Of a DNA stretch of 64,000 nucleotides, positions 1-9,668 are shown one piece after another (position 1 is the first letter of the stretch; each line of letters starts with the position of its first letter). The notes beneath the pieces were generated by a model, which worked only from the letters and a program-made list of their open reading frames with translations, searched no databases and had not been told where the DNA came from. The position numbers and the translations under genes were made by a program. Origin of the DNA: an uncultured Actinomycetota bacterium (GTDB lineage: Bacteria > Actinomycetota > UBA4738 > HRBIN12). The stretch covers positions 89,202-153,201 of the forward strand of contig CAVQEW010000003.1 in the NCBI GenBank assembly GCA_963711655.1, given 5' to 3'.

Positions 1-2
1 TC

Positions 3-2163
3 GTGCTCCTGACGCAAGGGATCCAGGCCAATCCGCACTATGCGGCCGACCAACTGCTCGAGAACGCCGAAACGCTCCTCGAAGGCGGCGAGGTGATCGC
101 CGTCCACGGCGCCGATGAAGAGACCGAGATCCCACCGGCGAGCGAAGACCCCCTCATCATCGCCAAGCTCAGGCAGGAGCAGCTGTTGATCGAGCGATTG
201 ATCGAGATCGGCGACGAGGTGCTGTCGCTCGATCCCTCCGACCCGGAGTTCGATCAGGAGCTGTTGCGACTCCGCGTCGCCGGCGCCCTCGTGACGAGCG
301 TCTCGAACGACGCGGTGGGGACGATGACGCAGCATGCGGAGATGGCGTTCCGTCGTCTCGTCATCATCGGCAGCGGACTCGGGATCATCGGCGCGGTCGT
401 TGCGATCGGGATGGGCCTCCTGATGCGGCGCGCCGGGACGCGACGCGCCTCGCAGTTCCGGTCGCTCGTCCACAACTCGTCCGACCTCATCACGGTCGTG
501 AACGCGCGCGGCACCATCGTGTACCAGAGCCCGTCGTCCGAGCGACTCGTCGGCGTTCCCGCCGATCGATCGTTCGGCAAGCCCTTCCGAGATCTCGTGC
601 ATCCCGACGACCGCGAGTACATCGACGCGCTGCTCGTCGACGGACAGGTGCAGCCGGGTGTCGCTCTCACCAGCGCCTTCCGCGTCTTGCACGCCGACGG
701 TTCGACGCGCCACGTGGACTCGGTGGTCAGCAACCTCGTCGACGATCCGACGGTCGGCGGACTCGTCTTCAACACCCGCGACGTGACCGACCGAAAGGTG
801 CTTGAGGAGGAGCTCGAACGCAGAGCGTTCTTCGACTCCCTCACCGGTCTTCCGAACCGTGCCGTGTTCCGAGACCGTCTCGATCATGCCCTCGCCAGGG
901 CGGCTCGCGTCGGCGATCCCCTGACCGTGCTTCTGCTCGACCTCGACGGCTTCAAGGTGGTGAACGACAGCCTCGGTCACGATGCGGGCGACGAGCTACT
1001 CATCGCGGTCGCCGGCCGGCTCGAGGGATGCATGCGTTCGGGCGACACGGTCGCGCGGCTCGGCGGTGACGAGTTCGCGATCCTCCTCGAAGACGCCGCC
1101 AGCGAAGAGAGCGCGGTCGCGCTCGCGAAGCGGCTGCTCGAGGCGCTCACACCCCCGTTCGACCTGCGGGGCCGCGAGGTGTTCATCGGCGCGAGCATCG
1201 GCATCACCCTGCACGGCGGTGTCACCGGCCTCCCGGACGAATTGATCAGGAACGCGGACGCCGCGATGTACTCGGCCAAGGGCGCCGGGAAGGGCACGTG
1301 GGCCGTGTTCCAGCCGGCCATGCACCGGCGCAATCTCGAGTTCTTCGAGGTGCAGGCGGACCTCCAGCGGGCGCTCGTCAGAGGTGAGTTCGTGCTGCAC
1401 TACCAGCCGATCGTCGACCTGGAGACCGGGCAGCTCGAAGGGGTCGAGGCCCTCGCCCGCTGGCACCACCCGACCCGTGGGCTGATCATGCCCGCGGGGT
1501 TCATCCCCGTCGCCGAGGAGACCGGCATGATCGTGCCGCTCGGCGTCTGGGTCCTCGGGGAAGCCTGCCGCCAGGCGACGGACTGGCGCGACCGGTTCCC
1601 GAGCGCCTCGGGGCTCGTCATGAACGTGAATCTCTCGACACGCCAGCTCTTCGAACCGGATCTGATCTCGCGTGTGGCCCAGATCCTGGCGGAGACGTCG
1701 ATGGAACCGGCGACCCTGGTCCTCGAGATCACCGAAGGAAGCCTGATGCAGGAGGTCGGACTGACCGCGGCGAAGCTCCACGCCCTCAAGGAGCTCGGGA
1801 CGCGTCTGGCCATCGACGACTTCGGCACCGGCTCCTCCTCGCTCGGATACCTGCGTCAGTTCCCGATCGACGTCCTGAAGATCGACAAGTCGTTCGTCGA
1901 CGACCTCGGTCAGGGATCCGACGCGTCTGCCCTCGTCCGCACCATCATCGAGCTCGCCCGATCGCTCCGGCTCGGCGTCGTCGCCGAAGGCATCGAAACG
2001 GTCGAACAGCTCGCCGAGCTCCAGCGCGCCGGGTGCGACTCCGGTCAGGGGTACCTGTTCGCGAAACCACTCGTCCGTCGAGGACGTCGAAGAGCTGCTC
2101 CGAGGCGGCGCGCCGTTCCTCCACGCCGGCTCGGAGCTCGATCCGTCCACGCGCATCCCCTAG
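3..2163 (+). CDS. Membrane-anchored PAS-GGDEF-EAL cyclic-di-GMP signalling protein. 5' end lies outside the window. The C-terminus appears frameshifted near 2075, with the true stop probably TAG at 2161-2163.
   Basis: Motifs in the ORF translation: a TM segment (LVIIGSGLGIIGAVVAIGMGLLM), a PAS-like region, RLGGDEFAILL (GGDEF) and EVLHYQPIVDL...EALARW (EAL). After QGYLFAKPL the ORF continues as low-complexity Arg/Pro-rich text. The adjacent frame gives a natural tail, SSVEDVEELLRGGAPFLHAGSELDPSTRIP*. Confidence 0.75.
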
Positions 2164-2233
2164 GTGACGCCGGTCGCGGTGAGCGTGGACCGGCGATACG
2201 CTCCGTTCCGAGACGTTCGAGGGGCGGAGCGCG

Positions 2234-2881
2234 ATGGGGTTCACCGGTTGGAAAGTGGAGGCTCTGGAGTTCTTCGAGGGGCTGGAGGTCGACAACTCGA
2301 AGGCGTACTGGCAGCGGCACAAGGACGTGTACGACACGATCGTCCGCGCGCCGATGGAGGAGCTGCTCGCCGAGCTGGAGCCAGAGTTCGGCGAGGGCAA
2401 GATCTTCCGCCCGTATCGCGACGTCCGGTTCAGCCGCGACAAGTCGCCGTACAAGACCGCGATCGGCGCCACCGTCGGGGAGGGCTACATCCAGGTGGAT
2501 GCGCGCGGTCTCGCGGTCGGGAGCGGGAAGTGGGAGATGGCGCCCGACCAGCTCGAGCGGTACCGCGCGGCGGTGGCCGCCGACGCGTCCGGTGAGGAGC
2601 TGAGCGGGCTCGTCTCGGCTGCCAGAACGAAGAAGCTGGACGTCCACGGACACGACGTCTTGAAGACCGCGCCGAAGGGCTACCCGAAGGACCATCCTCG
2701 GATCGAGCTCCTCCGGTACAAGGGCCTCATCGCGTGGCGCGAATGGCCGGCGGGCGCGTGGCTCGGGACCAAGCGAGCGAAGGATCGGATCGTCGGGTTC
2801 CTCGAGCAGGCGCAACCGCTCGTCGAGTGGCTGGAGACGAACGTCGGCGAGTCAACCCTGCCCGATCGCGGTCGTCGGTAG
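2234..2881 (+). CDS. DUF2461 (TIGR02453) family protein
   Basis: 215-aa ORF with the family hallmark YRDVRFSRDKSPYKTAIGA and an N-terminal FFxxLxxDNSKAYWQRH. It overlaps the spurious 3' extension of the upstream ORF. Confidence 0.6.
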   Translation: MGFTGWKVEALEFFEGLEVDNSKAYWQRHKDVYDTIVRAPMEELLAELEPEFGEGKIFRPYRDVRFSRDKSPYKTAIGATVGEGYIQVDARGLAVGSGKWEMAPDQLERYRAAVAADASGEELSGLVSAARTKKLDVHGHDVLKTAPKGYPKDHPRIELLRYKGLIAWREWPAGAWLGTKRAKDRIVGFLEQAQPLVEWLETNVGESTLPDRGRR

Positions 2882-3670
2882 GCCGCGCCGGGCCTCGATC
2901 GCGCGATCCTGACCGTCCTCGTCCGCGTGCGCGCGGATGTCCGTGAACCCGAGGTTCGTCAGGATCCCCGTGATCTCGCTCGCCTGGTCACCGCCGAGCT
3001 CCAGGAGCACGGTGCCGCCGGGACCGAGCCACCCGGCCGCGGCCTCGGCGGCGCGCACGAGCATCGTCATGCCGCCCGATCCACCGTCCAGCGCGCGACG
3101 GGGCTCGTGCGCGAGCACGTCCCGGGGCAGGAGGTGGAGCTCCTCGGTGGGCACGTAGGGCACCACGGCGGTCATCAGGTCCACGCGCCCGCGGAGCGAG
3201 GGCGGGAGCGGCTCGTCGAGGTCGCCGAGGAGCGCGTGGACGCCGTTCCGTCGCGCGCAGGCGATCGCCACCGGATCGACGTCGGTGCCCATCACGGTGG
3301 CCTGCGGATGCGACGAGCGGAGGACCGCCGCCACGGCCCCGCTCCCCGTGCAGAGGTCGACGGCGATCCCGTCGGCCGGGAGGAGCTCGATCGCTCGCCG
3401 AGCGAGCGCTTCGGTCTGCGGGCGCGGGACGAACACCCCGGGATCGATCCTGACGCGGAGCCCGGCGAAGCTCACCGACCCGGCGATCCACGCGAGAGGC
3501 TCCCCTGCCAGACGGCGCGCGATCAGTTCGTCGATCGCTCCGACGCCCTCATCGGAAGCCGCGAGCAGCGCGTCGGCCTCGGCACCGGGCGAAACGAAGC
3601 CGCCGTCCGCGAGCGTGCGGACGATGCGAGCACGCTCCTGCTTCGGCTGGGCCCGGACCGAGCCGGTCAT
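2852..3670 (-). CDS. HemK/PrmC-like class I SAM-dependent methyltransferase (putative protein N5-glutamine methyltransferase family)
   Basis: DLCTGSGAVAAVL (SAM-binding Gly-rich loop) and VVPYVPT in place of NPPY. The start is taken at MTGSVRAQ. It overlaps the upstream gene by ATGA. Confidence 0.55.
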   Translation of the reverse strand: MTGSVRAQPKQERARIVRTLADGGFVSPGAEADALLAASDEGVGAIDELIARRLAGEPLAWIAGSVSFAGLRVRIDPGVFVPRPQTEALARRAIELLPADGIAVDLCTGSGAVAAVLRSSHPQATVMGTDVDPVAIACARRNGVHALLGDLDEPLPPSLRGRVDLMTAVVPYVPTEELHLLPRDVLAHEPRRALDGGSGGMTMLVRAAEAAAGWLGPGGTVLLELGGDQASEITGILTNLGFTDIRAHADEDGQDRAIEARRGLPTTAIGQG

Positions 3671-4452
3671 TCGAACCTCGCGAGGACGAGATTGGCGAGT
3701 CTCGCGATCCACGAGTCGACCGCACCACCGAACGTGCGCCGCGCAGGGTCTGCCGTGCCGATCCCCGCGCCGCGAACCAACCGACGCAGGTCATCGAGAT
3801 AGCCCGCCGTCGTGAACTCGACGTTCTTGCGATCGGTTCGGTACCCGTGCTCGGCCTTCCAGAGCTCCGAGATGATCTGCGCCTGACTCTCCTTCGAGAA
3901 GCGCGTGAGGGACTCCGCTGTTCGCACGCCGGCAGGGCCACCGTAGTCGTAGGGGTCCCGCCTGCGGAACCGTCGTCCCATCTGTTCGAGGAGGCCGGAC
4001 AGGAGCTGCGTCTGGCCGGCGCGATGCTCCCACACGTGTCCGAGCTCATGGATCAGCGTGGCCTCGGAAGGCAGGTCCTCCGCTCGGATCGGCCGCCGGA
4101 ACCGGACGACCGTGTTGCAGGTCCATGCGCTCCCACGCGGCCCGAGCACCCACCGGCTGCCGATCACCCGCACGCCCCCGAGGTCCAGCGCCGGTCCGAA
4201 GAAGTCGGCGGCGCGTTCGAGCCACTCCTGTATCGGACACACGGTGATCTCGACCTCTGCGGTCTCCTCCCCCCGCTCTGCGCGGACCGTGTACGTCCCA
4301 CCCTCGGAGAACACCGTCCGGAACCCTCGGCCTTCTCCGGACGCCGGCGCTCCTCCGCCGGTCCATCGCACCCCACCGGGCCCATCGGCGTCGGCCTCGA
4401 GCGCGACTTCCTCACCGGCGAAGCACGCCGTCCGCTTCGCCTCGATCTCCAT
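3667..4452 (-). CDS. Hypothetical zincin-like protein with an HExxH motif (HELGHVWEH). Possibly a DUF4157-like metallopeptidase domain.
   Basis: 261-aa ORF with an N-terminal Gly/Thr-rich beta-like region and LIHELGHVWEHRAG. No other family signature was recognised by eye. Confidence 0.45.
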   Translation of the reverse strand: MEIEAKRTACFAGEEVALEADADGPGGVRWTGGGAPASGEGRGFRTVFSEGGTYTVRAERGEETAEVEITVCPIQEWLERAADFFGPALDLGGVRVIGSRWVLGPRGSAWTCNTVVRFRRPIRAEDLPSEATLIHELGHVWEHRAGQTQLLSGLLEQMGRRFRRRDPYDYGGPAGVRTAESLTRFSKESQAQIISELWKAEHGYRTDRKNVEFTTAGYLDDLRRLVRGAGIGTADPARRTFGGAVDSWIARLANLVLARFE

Positions 4453-4532
4453 CGACGCTCATCCTCCGGCCGTTTGCCCCGTCTGACCAGCCGTCCTACC
4501 ATCAGGTCCGCAGCCAGCGGCGACGTGAGGGG

Positions 4533-5306
4533 GTGCATCGATTGGCCTTCGACTTCGAGTACCCACAGTCCTCGGACAACGAGGCGAGAGGGTGGGGGCC
4601 GGGCTGGGAACTCGGCATGCCACTGTGGGAGCGCCCGTCCTCCTACCCGGGAACGATCGTCCCGCTCGTGGTTCAGGGGATGAACTTCGGGGGCGGCATC
4701 CGCATCGAACTGCACGACCTGGCCGAGATGCTCATCGAGGAATCCCTCGATCTCGGCCTGATCCCGAGCCTCTCGAACGGCTGCTACGGCGGCGCCTTCC
4801 GTCCGACGAAGAAGACGAGCGGTGACAAGGACCTGCCTCCCGGTGACCCGGGGAGCGTCTACACGACCACCGCTTCGAACCACTCGTGGTGCACGGCGCT
4901 CGACATCAACAGCCTGCTCAACAAGTACGGGGGTGACACGCACCAGATCACCCAGGAGATGGCGGATCTGTGGCGTCGGTACGGCTGGCGATGGCTCGGG
5001 CCGTCGATCAAGGACTGGCAGCACTTCGACTTCGCGGGCACGCCGGAGGACGCGGAGGCGATGACCGAGAAAGCGAAGGAGGACGGGATCGGCATGGCGT
5101 TGACGGATGAGCAGAAGGAGACCCTGAAGGACGCGAAGACGTTCCTCGACGAGCTCCGCACGAGGATCGGCTCGCTGGACGACAAGGACGAACCCGCCGC
5201 CGCCAAAGGTGCCGGGAGCCGGGTCGCGACCGCGGTGCTCAAGAGCGAATCCGCGAAGGGCGAGGGCTCGAAGGGCTCTTCGAAGGACGACCACCCTCCC
5301 AAGTGA
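4533..5306 (+). CDS. Peptidase M15-like (D-Ala-D-Ala carboxypeptidase/VanY-like fold) protein with a Lys/Glu-rich C-terminal tail
   Basis: SNHSWCTALDIN resembles the SxHxxGxAxD zinc motif of the M15 family. A C-terminal WQHFDF fits the final His ligand. Confidence 0.45.
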   Translation: MHRLAFDFEYPQSSDNEARGWGPGWELGMPLWERPSSYPGTIVPLVVQGMNFGGGIRIELHDLAEMLIEESLDLGLIPSLSNGCYGGAFRPTKKTSGDKDLPPGDPGSVYTTTASNHSWCTALDINSLLNKYGGDTHQITQEMADLWRRYGWRWLGPSIKDWQHFDFAGTPEDAEAMTEKAKEDGIGMALTDEQKETLKDAKTFLDELRTRIGSLDDKDEPAAAKGAGSRVATAVLKSESAKGEGSKGSSKDDHPPK

Positions 5307-5441
5307 CCCGACGCCGGCGACCGAGCGATCACTGATCCACTCATCGCGGCGTCCCTCGGGAGACGGGCGGAGTCCCGCTCGGCGGTTTGACAGCGATCGG
5401 AAGGCCAGAGCACGATTCGGAGCTGAGCGGGGAGGGTCCCG

Positions 5442-8400
5442 ATGGCGATGGCCGTCTCGTCCCAGGAGCAGGTCGAGGACCAGGAGCAGGGCGAGGACCA
5501 GGAGACGCGAGCAGCCAGGCAGGAGATCCGTCTGGGCCTCGTGATGAACGGTGGTGTGAGTCTCGCCATCTGGATGGGCGGCGTCACCGTCGAGATCAAC
5601 CGTCTGATCAACCGCGACCCCGTCTACGGGGACGTCGTCGATCTCATGAACTCCGTCGTCCGCGTGGACGTGATCGCCGGAGCCAGCGCCGGCGGGATCA
5701 ACGGGGCGATGCTGGCGGCGATGATCGCGCACGACAACGACCGCGCCACGGAGCTCACGACCCTCCGCCGCATCTGGCTCGAGGACGGCGCGATGGGACG
5801 TCTCTTCCGTCCGCCCCTGCAGAAGAACCCGCCCTCCTTGATGAAAGGGGATGAGTTCTTCCTGCCGGAGCTCAGAACGGTGTTCACCCTTCTGACGGAT
5901 GGCCCGACCACCCCGAAGGAGGACTTCCCGGTCCGGCTCACGCTCACCACGACGCTGCTCAAGGCGGTCAATCGAGGGTTCGCCGACGACTTCGGGTCGC
6001 TGATCGCGGACGCCGATCATCGAGGTGAGTTCAACTTCCGGCGGGGCGAAGATCTGGACGACGACTTCGACAGGACGCAGTTCCCGGAGATCGCCGATCG
6101 CCTGGCGCTCGCGTCGCGGTGCACCGCGTCCTTCCCCGGCGCGTTCGAGCCGAGCTACGTGCCGGTGGGCCGCACGCCCGATGACGAGCGGCTGGATCCC
6201 CGCCGTCCGGACATGAAAGGGTTCGTGAACTTCAGCTCCAGCCGCTTCTGCGTCGACGGCGGCGCCCTCGTCAACAAGCCGTTCCGTCCCGCGATCCGCG
6301 GGATCTTCGCCCAGCCGGCCGTCGACGAACAGGTCCGGCGGGTCCTCGCGTACGTGGTCCCGGACCCCGACGTCCCCGAGGCCGATCAGCCCCAGGAGCG
6401 GACCGAGCCGCAGACCATGGGCAAGGTGGTGCTCGCGAGCGTCGTCACCCTGCCCAGAGCTGAATCGGTCTCTCGGGAGCTGGAGGACATCGCGGAGCAC
6501 AACAGGCACGTGCAGTCGCAACGACTCCTCCGAGATCATCTCCTCGCTCCCGGCGAGGACCGGCCCGTCGACGTCGAGGACTTGGCCGTCCGGCTCTTCC
6601 CCGCGTTCCAGACCCTCCGGGCGCAGCGGATCGTCGACCGGCTCACGACCGCCGCCGATCCGTTCCAAGGGCGATTCGACGGGCTCGGCAGGGCACCGTG
6701 GGACACGGGAGAGCTCCGGCGACTCATCATCGGCGAGCCGGAGCCATGGCTCCCATCGAGCTTCGCCGAGCAGACCACGCTCGCCCGGACCCCATGGACG
6801 TGGGGCAACGACACGATCGAGACGATGGGCGGCATCGCCCTCGGCCTCATCGGGATGGGTTTCAAGGTGGCCGGAGACGTTGCTCGGTCGACACTCGCGG
6901 AGGGCCGGGGCCGTCTCCACGAGCTCCTCCGCATGCTCCGCCTGTTCTGCCTTCGCCCCGAGCCGCAGTACTGGAAGCGACAGGCGGGGCTGACCCAGGA
7001 GCAGTGGGAACGATGGGCCGACCTGCCCCCGGAGGAGTCGCGGGACCTGGGATACCGGGAATCCTTCGAGGACTGGAGACGCGGGTCGGACGAGTGGCAG
7101 GAGAAGGTCGTCGCCGCCGGTGACCCGCAGCCCTCGAACATCGCCCTCGATATCGCACGGGTCGTGGCCGTTGCCGCGCCGACCCTGGAGCAGGTCGCCG
7201 GCGATCCCGCGTCGGGCGATGTCGGGCCGAAGCTCGCGGCGTTGGTCGAAGGGCTCTCACCGGCATCGGCCGAGGATCGAGTCGAGGCCACGCTCCGTCG
7301 ACTCCTCGCGCAGGCGATCGTCCAGACGGTGACGTCGGCGGGCAAACCGGCGCTCGACCAGCTCGTGGAGCTGCTCCAGATGAGCTCGACGGCGCCGAAC
7401 GGCTTCGATCCCCGCCTGCGCGGCGAGGAGAAGGTCGCGGGACGCCAGCTCGGCCATTTCGGCGCGTTCTACAAGCGATCGTGGCGCGCGAACGACTGGA
7501 TGTGGGGCCGGCTCGACGGAGCGGCCCGGCTGGCGCAGATGATCGTCGACCCCGCCCGGCTGGCGCAGCTGCACCTGTCGACGGAGCGAGCCTTCGAGTC
7601 GCTGAAGGCGATCGCGCTGGGGCCCGAGGGCGACGAAGCCCACGACGTGTTGGCGGATGGCGCCGAACGGGGCTGGCGCGACGAGGCCGCTCGCCGAGAG
7701 CTCGCCTTCCTCGACCGTGAGGGGGCATCACCGCCGGAGAGCTTGCCGGTCTGTGCGATGGCCGTCGCGCGGCGGATCCAGCTCCGGATCCTCCAGGAGG
7801 AGCTGCCCGGCGTCGCCGACGCGATCGAGGTCGACGTGGGCGAGGGAGCCAGGCCGCAGGGACCCGCGGCCGACTTCCTCCGTGCCGTCCGGAGCGTGCA
7901 GTTCGCGGAACCGCGAGACGAGGTCAGGATCGGACCGCGGGATGCATCGCGGCTGCTCAGCCAGTGCAGGGTCGGAGACGAGAAGTTCCCCGCGGAAGCG
8001 GGCTCGGACCTCTTCACGTCGACGACGACCACCGCGGCAGCGATCGGCGTCACCGCCCTCTCGGGATCGACGTCGGGTCTTCCCGCGATCGCCAGGGCGG
8101 TCGTCGGTGCCCTTCGGACCCCGACCCTCGGCTTCTGGTTCCTCGCCCAGAACGCGGTCGCCGGCACTCGAACGGGCTTCTCTCTGTTGATCCTCCTCCT
8201 GGCCGTGGGCGGCGCTCTCGTCGCGGTGTCGGCCCTGGGCGACGTGGCCCTCCCCGGGTTCCTCGCGGGACTCGGAACCCTGATCCTGTTGGGCGGGGCC
8301 GCGGTCGCGCTGCTCAGGCTCAAGGTGAAGGGGGTGCTGGCGATCCTCGTGGCGGTCCTGGTGGTCGTCCTGTTCCTCTGGGTGCCCTCGGTCGTCGTGA

Positions 8401-8564
8401 AGCAACTCATCGATGCGGACGCCACCGGCATGTCGCTGTGGGTCCGGAGGGTGGTCCCGCCGGCGGCCGCGGTCATCGGCTTCGTGCTGGGCGGGATGGT
8501 CCTCGGGCTCGTCAAGGCTCCCGTTCCGAAGGACGAGCGGTCGTTGCCCGGCCGGCGGCGCTGA
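5442..8564 (+). CDS. Large patatin-like phospholipase (patatin domain plus a long DUF3376-like region) with a C-terminal transmembrane anchor
   Basis: LVMNGGVSLAIWMGG (oxyanion Gly-rich loop) and AGASAGG (GxSxG nucleophile). The gene encodes 1040 aa. The C-terminus has two to three strongly hydrophobic helices (LLILLLAVGGALVAV..., VLAILVAVLVVVLFLWV). Confidence 0.75.
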   Translation: MAMAVSSQEQVEDQEQGEDQETRAARQEIRLGLVMNGGVSLAIWMGGVTVEINRLINRDPVYGDVVDLMNSVVRVDVIAGASAGGINGAMLAAMIAHDNDRATELTTLRRIWLEDGAMGRLFRPPLQKNPPSLMKGDEFFLPELRTVFTLLTDGPTTPKEDFPVRLTLTTTLLKAVNRGFADDFGSLIADADHRGEFNFRRGEDLDDDFDRTQFPEIADRLALASRCTASFPGAFEPSYVPVGRTPDDERLDPRRPDMKGFVNFSSSRFCVDGGALVNKPFRPAIRGIFAQPAVDEQVRRVLAYVVPDPDVPEADQPQERTEPQTMGKVVLASVVTLPRAESVSRELEDIAEHNRHVQSQRLLRDHLLAPGEDRPVDVEDLAVRLFPAFQTLRAQRIVDRLTTAADPFQGRFDGLGRAPWDTGELRRLIIGEPEPWLPSSFAEQTTLARTPWTWGNDTIETMGGIALGLIGMGFKVAGDVARSTLAEGRGRLHELLRMLRLFCLRPEPQYWKRQAGLTQEQWERWADLPPEESRDLGYRESFEDWRRGSDEWQEKVVAAGDPQPSNIALDIARVVAVAAPTLEQVAGDPASGDVGPKLAALVEGLSPASAEDRVEATLRRLLAQAIVQTVTSAGKPALDQLVELLQMSSTAPNGFDPRLRGEEKVAGRQLGHFGAFYKRSWRANDWMWGRLDGAARLAQMIVDPARLAQLHLSTERAFESLKAIALGPEGDEAHDVLADGAERGWRDEAARRELAFLDREGASPPESLPVCAMAVARRIQLRILQEELPGVADAIEVDVGEGARPQGPAADFLRAVRSVQFAEPRDEVRIGPRDASRLLSQCRVGDEKFPAEAGSDLFTSTTTTAAAIGVTALSGSTSGLPAIARAVVGALRTPTLGFWFLAQNAVAGTRTGFSLLILLLAVGGALVAVSALGDVALPGFLAGLGTLILLGGAAVALLRLKVKGVLAILVAVLVVVLFLWVPSVVVKQLIDADATGMSLWVRRVVPPAAAVIGFVLGGMVLGLVKAPVPKDERSLPGRRR

Positions 8565-8595
8565 GGTTGAGCGCCCCCAGATCCGTCTGAGGGCG

Positions 8596-9501
8596 TCAGT
8601 CCCAGCGGACGACGATCTGCCCGCGGATACCGGGCAGCGGCAAGGACTCCGCTTCCGCCTCGACCGCATCGCGTGCCGCGGGCGAGAGACGCCGCCAGGC
8701 CTGGACCGTCACCGTGCCCTGCGAGCGCCGCCACGTCCCGACGACCTCACCCTCGACGAGGAGGGCACCGGGCCAGACACGGGTAGTCCAGAGCTCGCGC
8801 CGGCGATCCGCCTGAGGGACCAAGAGTTCCCGATCGCGTCCTTGGAGGAGGAAATAGGCGTCTCCGCTCGGGAGGAGCCGTGCCGGCGCCACCGACGTCG
8901 AGGCGGCGCGGAACGTCGGTTCGTCCTGCGTGAGGATCCATGCGTCGCCGATCGGTGTGCGCACCGGGGTGAGTGACCTCCCGAGCGCGTCGAATGCCGC
9001 GCGGCCGTGCCGCGCTCCGATCCCCGCCCACTCGGCGAACGCCTCGGGCGTGGTGGGACCGAAGACATGCAGGTACCGACGCGCGAGCTCGAGTCGAGCG
9101 TCGCGAGGATCGACCTCTGGGGCGGGCACGGTCCACACGGTCGCCGCGCGCGCACCGTCCCACCGGATCACCACCGTGCCGGTGGGGGCGGCGTAGCGGA
9201 ACCGGTTCGGATCGACGCCTAGCGCGTCCCCCGCCTCACCGTAGGAACCCCTCGCGCCGCCGAGGAATGAGCGCAACTCGGCCGCGATGTCCTCCGCCCT
9301 CTTCCGGGCGGCGGCTCCGTCCGGCAGCCTCCCGAGCGAGAAGACCGCGAGATCGCGTGCCGCGACGACGTACGCGCTGTACCGCGGCCCCCAGAGCTGG
9401 ACGAGCGACGGGTCCTCCCAGGTGGAGGGCTCGGTTCTCTCGACGCGCGCGTGGATCGAGAGGAGCGCCGCCGGGGCATGCTGTCCTGCAGGCCGGCCCA
9501 C
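8596..9501 (-). CDS. Winged-helix DNA-binding protein, AlkZ/YcaQ-like (DUF1006) family. Possibly N-terminally truncated.
   Basis: 301-aa ORF whose general pattern (LVQLWGPRYSAYVV, WTTRVWPGALLVEGEVVGTWRR) resembles the YcaQ family. Family members are usually 350–400 aa. The assignment is from memory of the family only. Confidence 0.35.
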   Translation of the reverse strand: MGRPAGQHAPAALLSIHARVERTEPSTWEDPSLVQLWGPRYSAYVVAARDLAVFSLGRLPDGAAARKRAEDIAAELRSFLGGARGSYGEAGDALGVDPNRFRYAAPTGTVVIRWDGARAATVWTVPAPEVDPRDARLELARRYLHVFGPTTPEAFAEWAGIGARHGRAAFDALGRSLTPVRTPIGDAWILTQDEPTFRAASTSVAPARLLPSGDAYFLLQGRDRELLVPQADRRRELWTTRVWPGALLVEGEVVGTWRRSQGTVTVQAWRRLSPAARDAVEAEAESLPLPGIRGQIVVRWD

Positions 9502-9668
9502 GCCGCGCGCCGGAGCGAGCGACGTCCGCGAGGGAGCCGCTCGTCGAGCGCGCCGACCTGCCTTCGGAACGCGAGGATCTGTGGCCGCGTGAGGCTGAGC
9601 TGGGATCTCATCACGTCACGCGGAGTCGACGGACGTCGGGCCCCAGGGACGCGTTTGGTATCAGCAAC

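Noticed and set aside
4164-6920. 918-aa ORF on the minus strand
   Set aside because: It is antisense to the patatin-like gene and the M15-like gene. It has no recognisable motifs and an Arg/Gly/Pro-rich composition.
7469-8734. 421-aa and 313-aa minus-strand ORFs overlapping the patatin gene 3' end
   Set aside because: They are antisense to a strongly supported CDS. Their composition is Ser/Arg/Pro-rich with no motifs.
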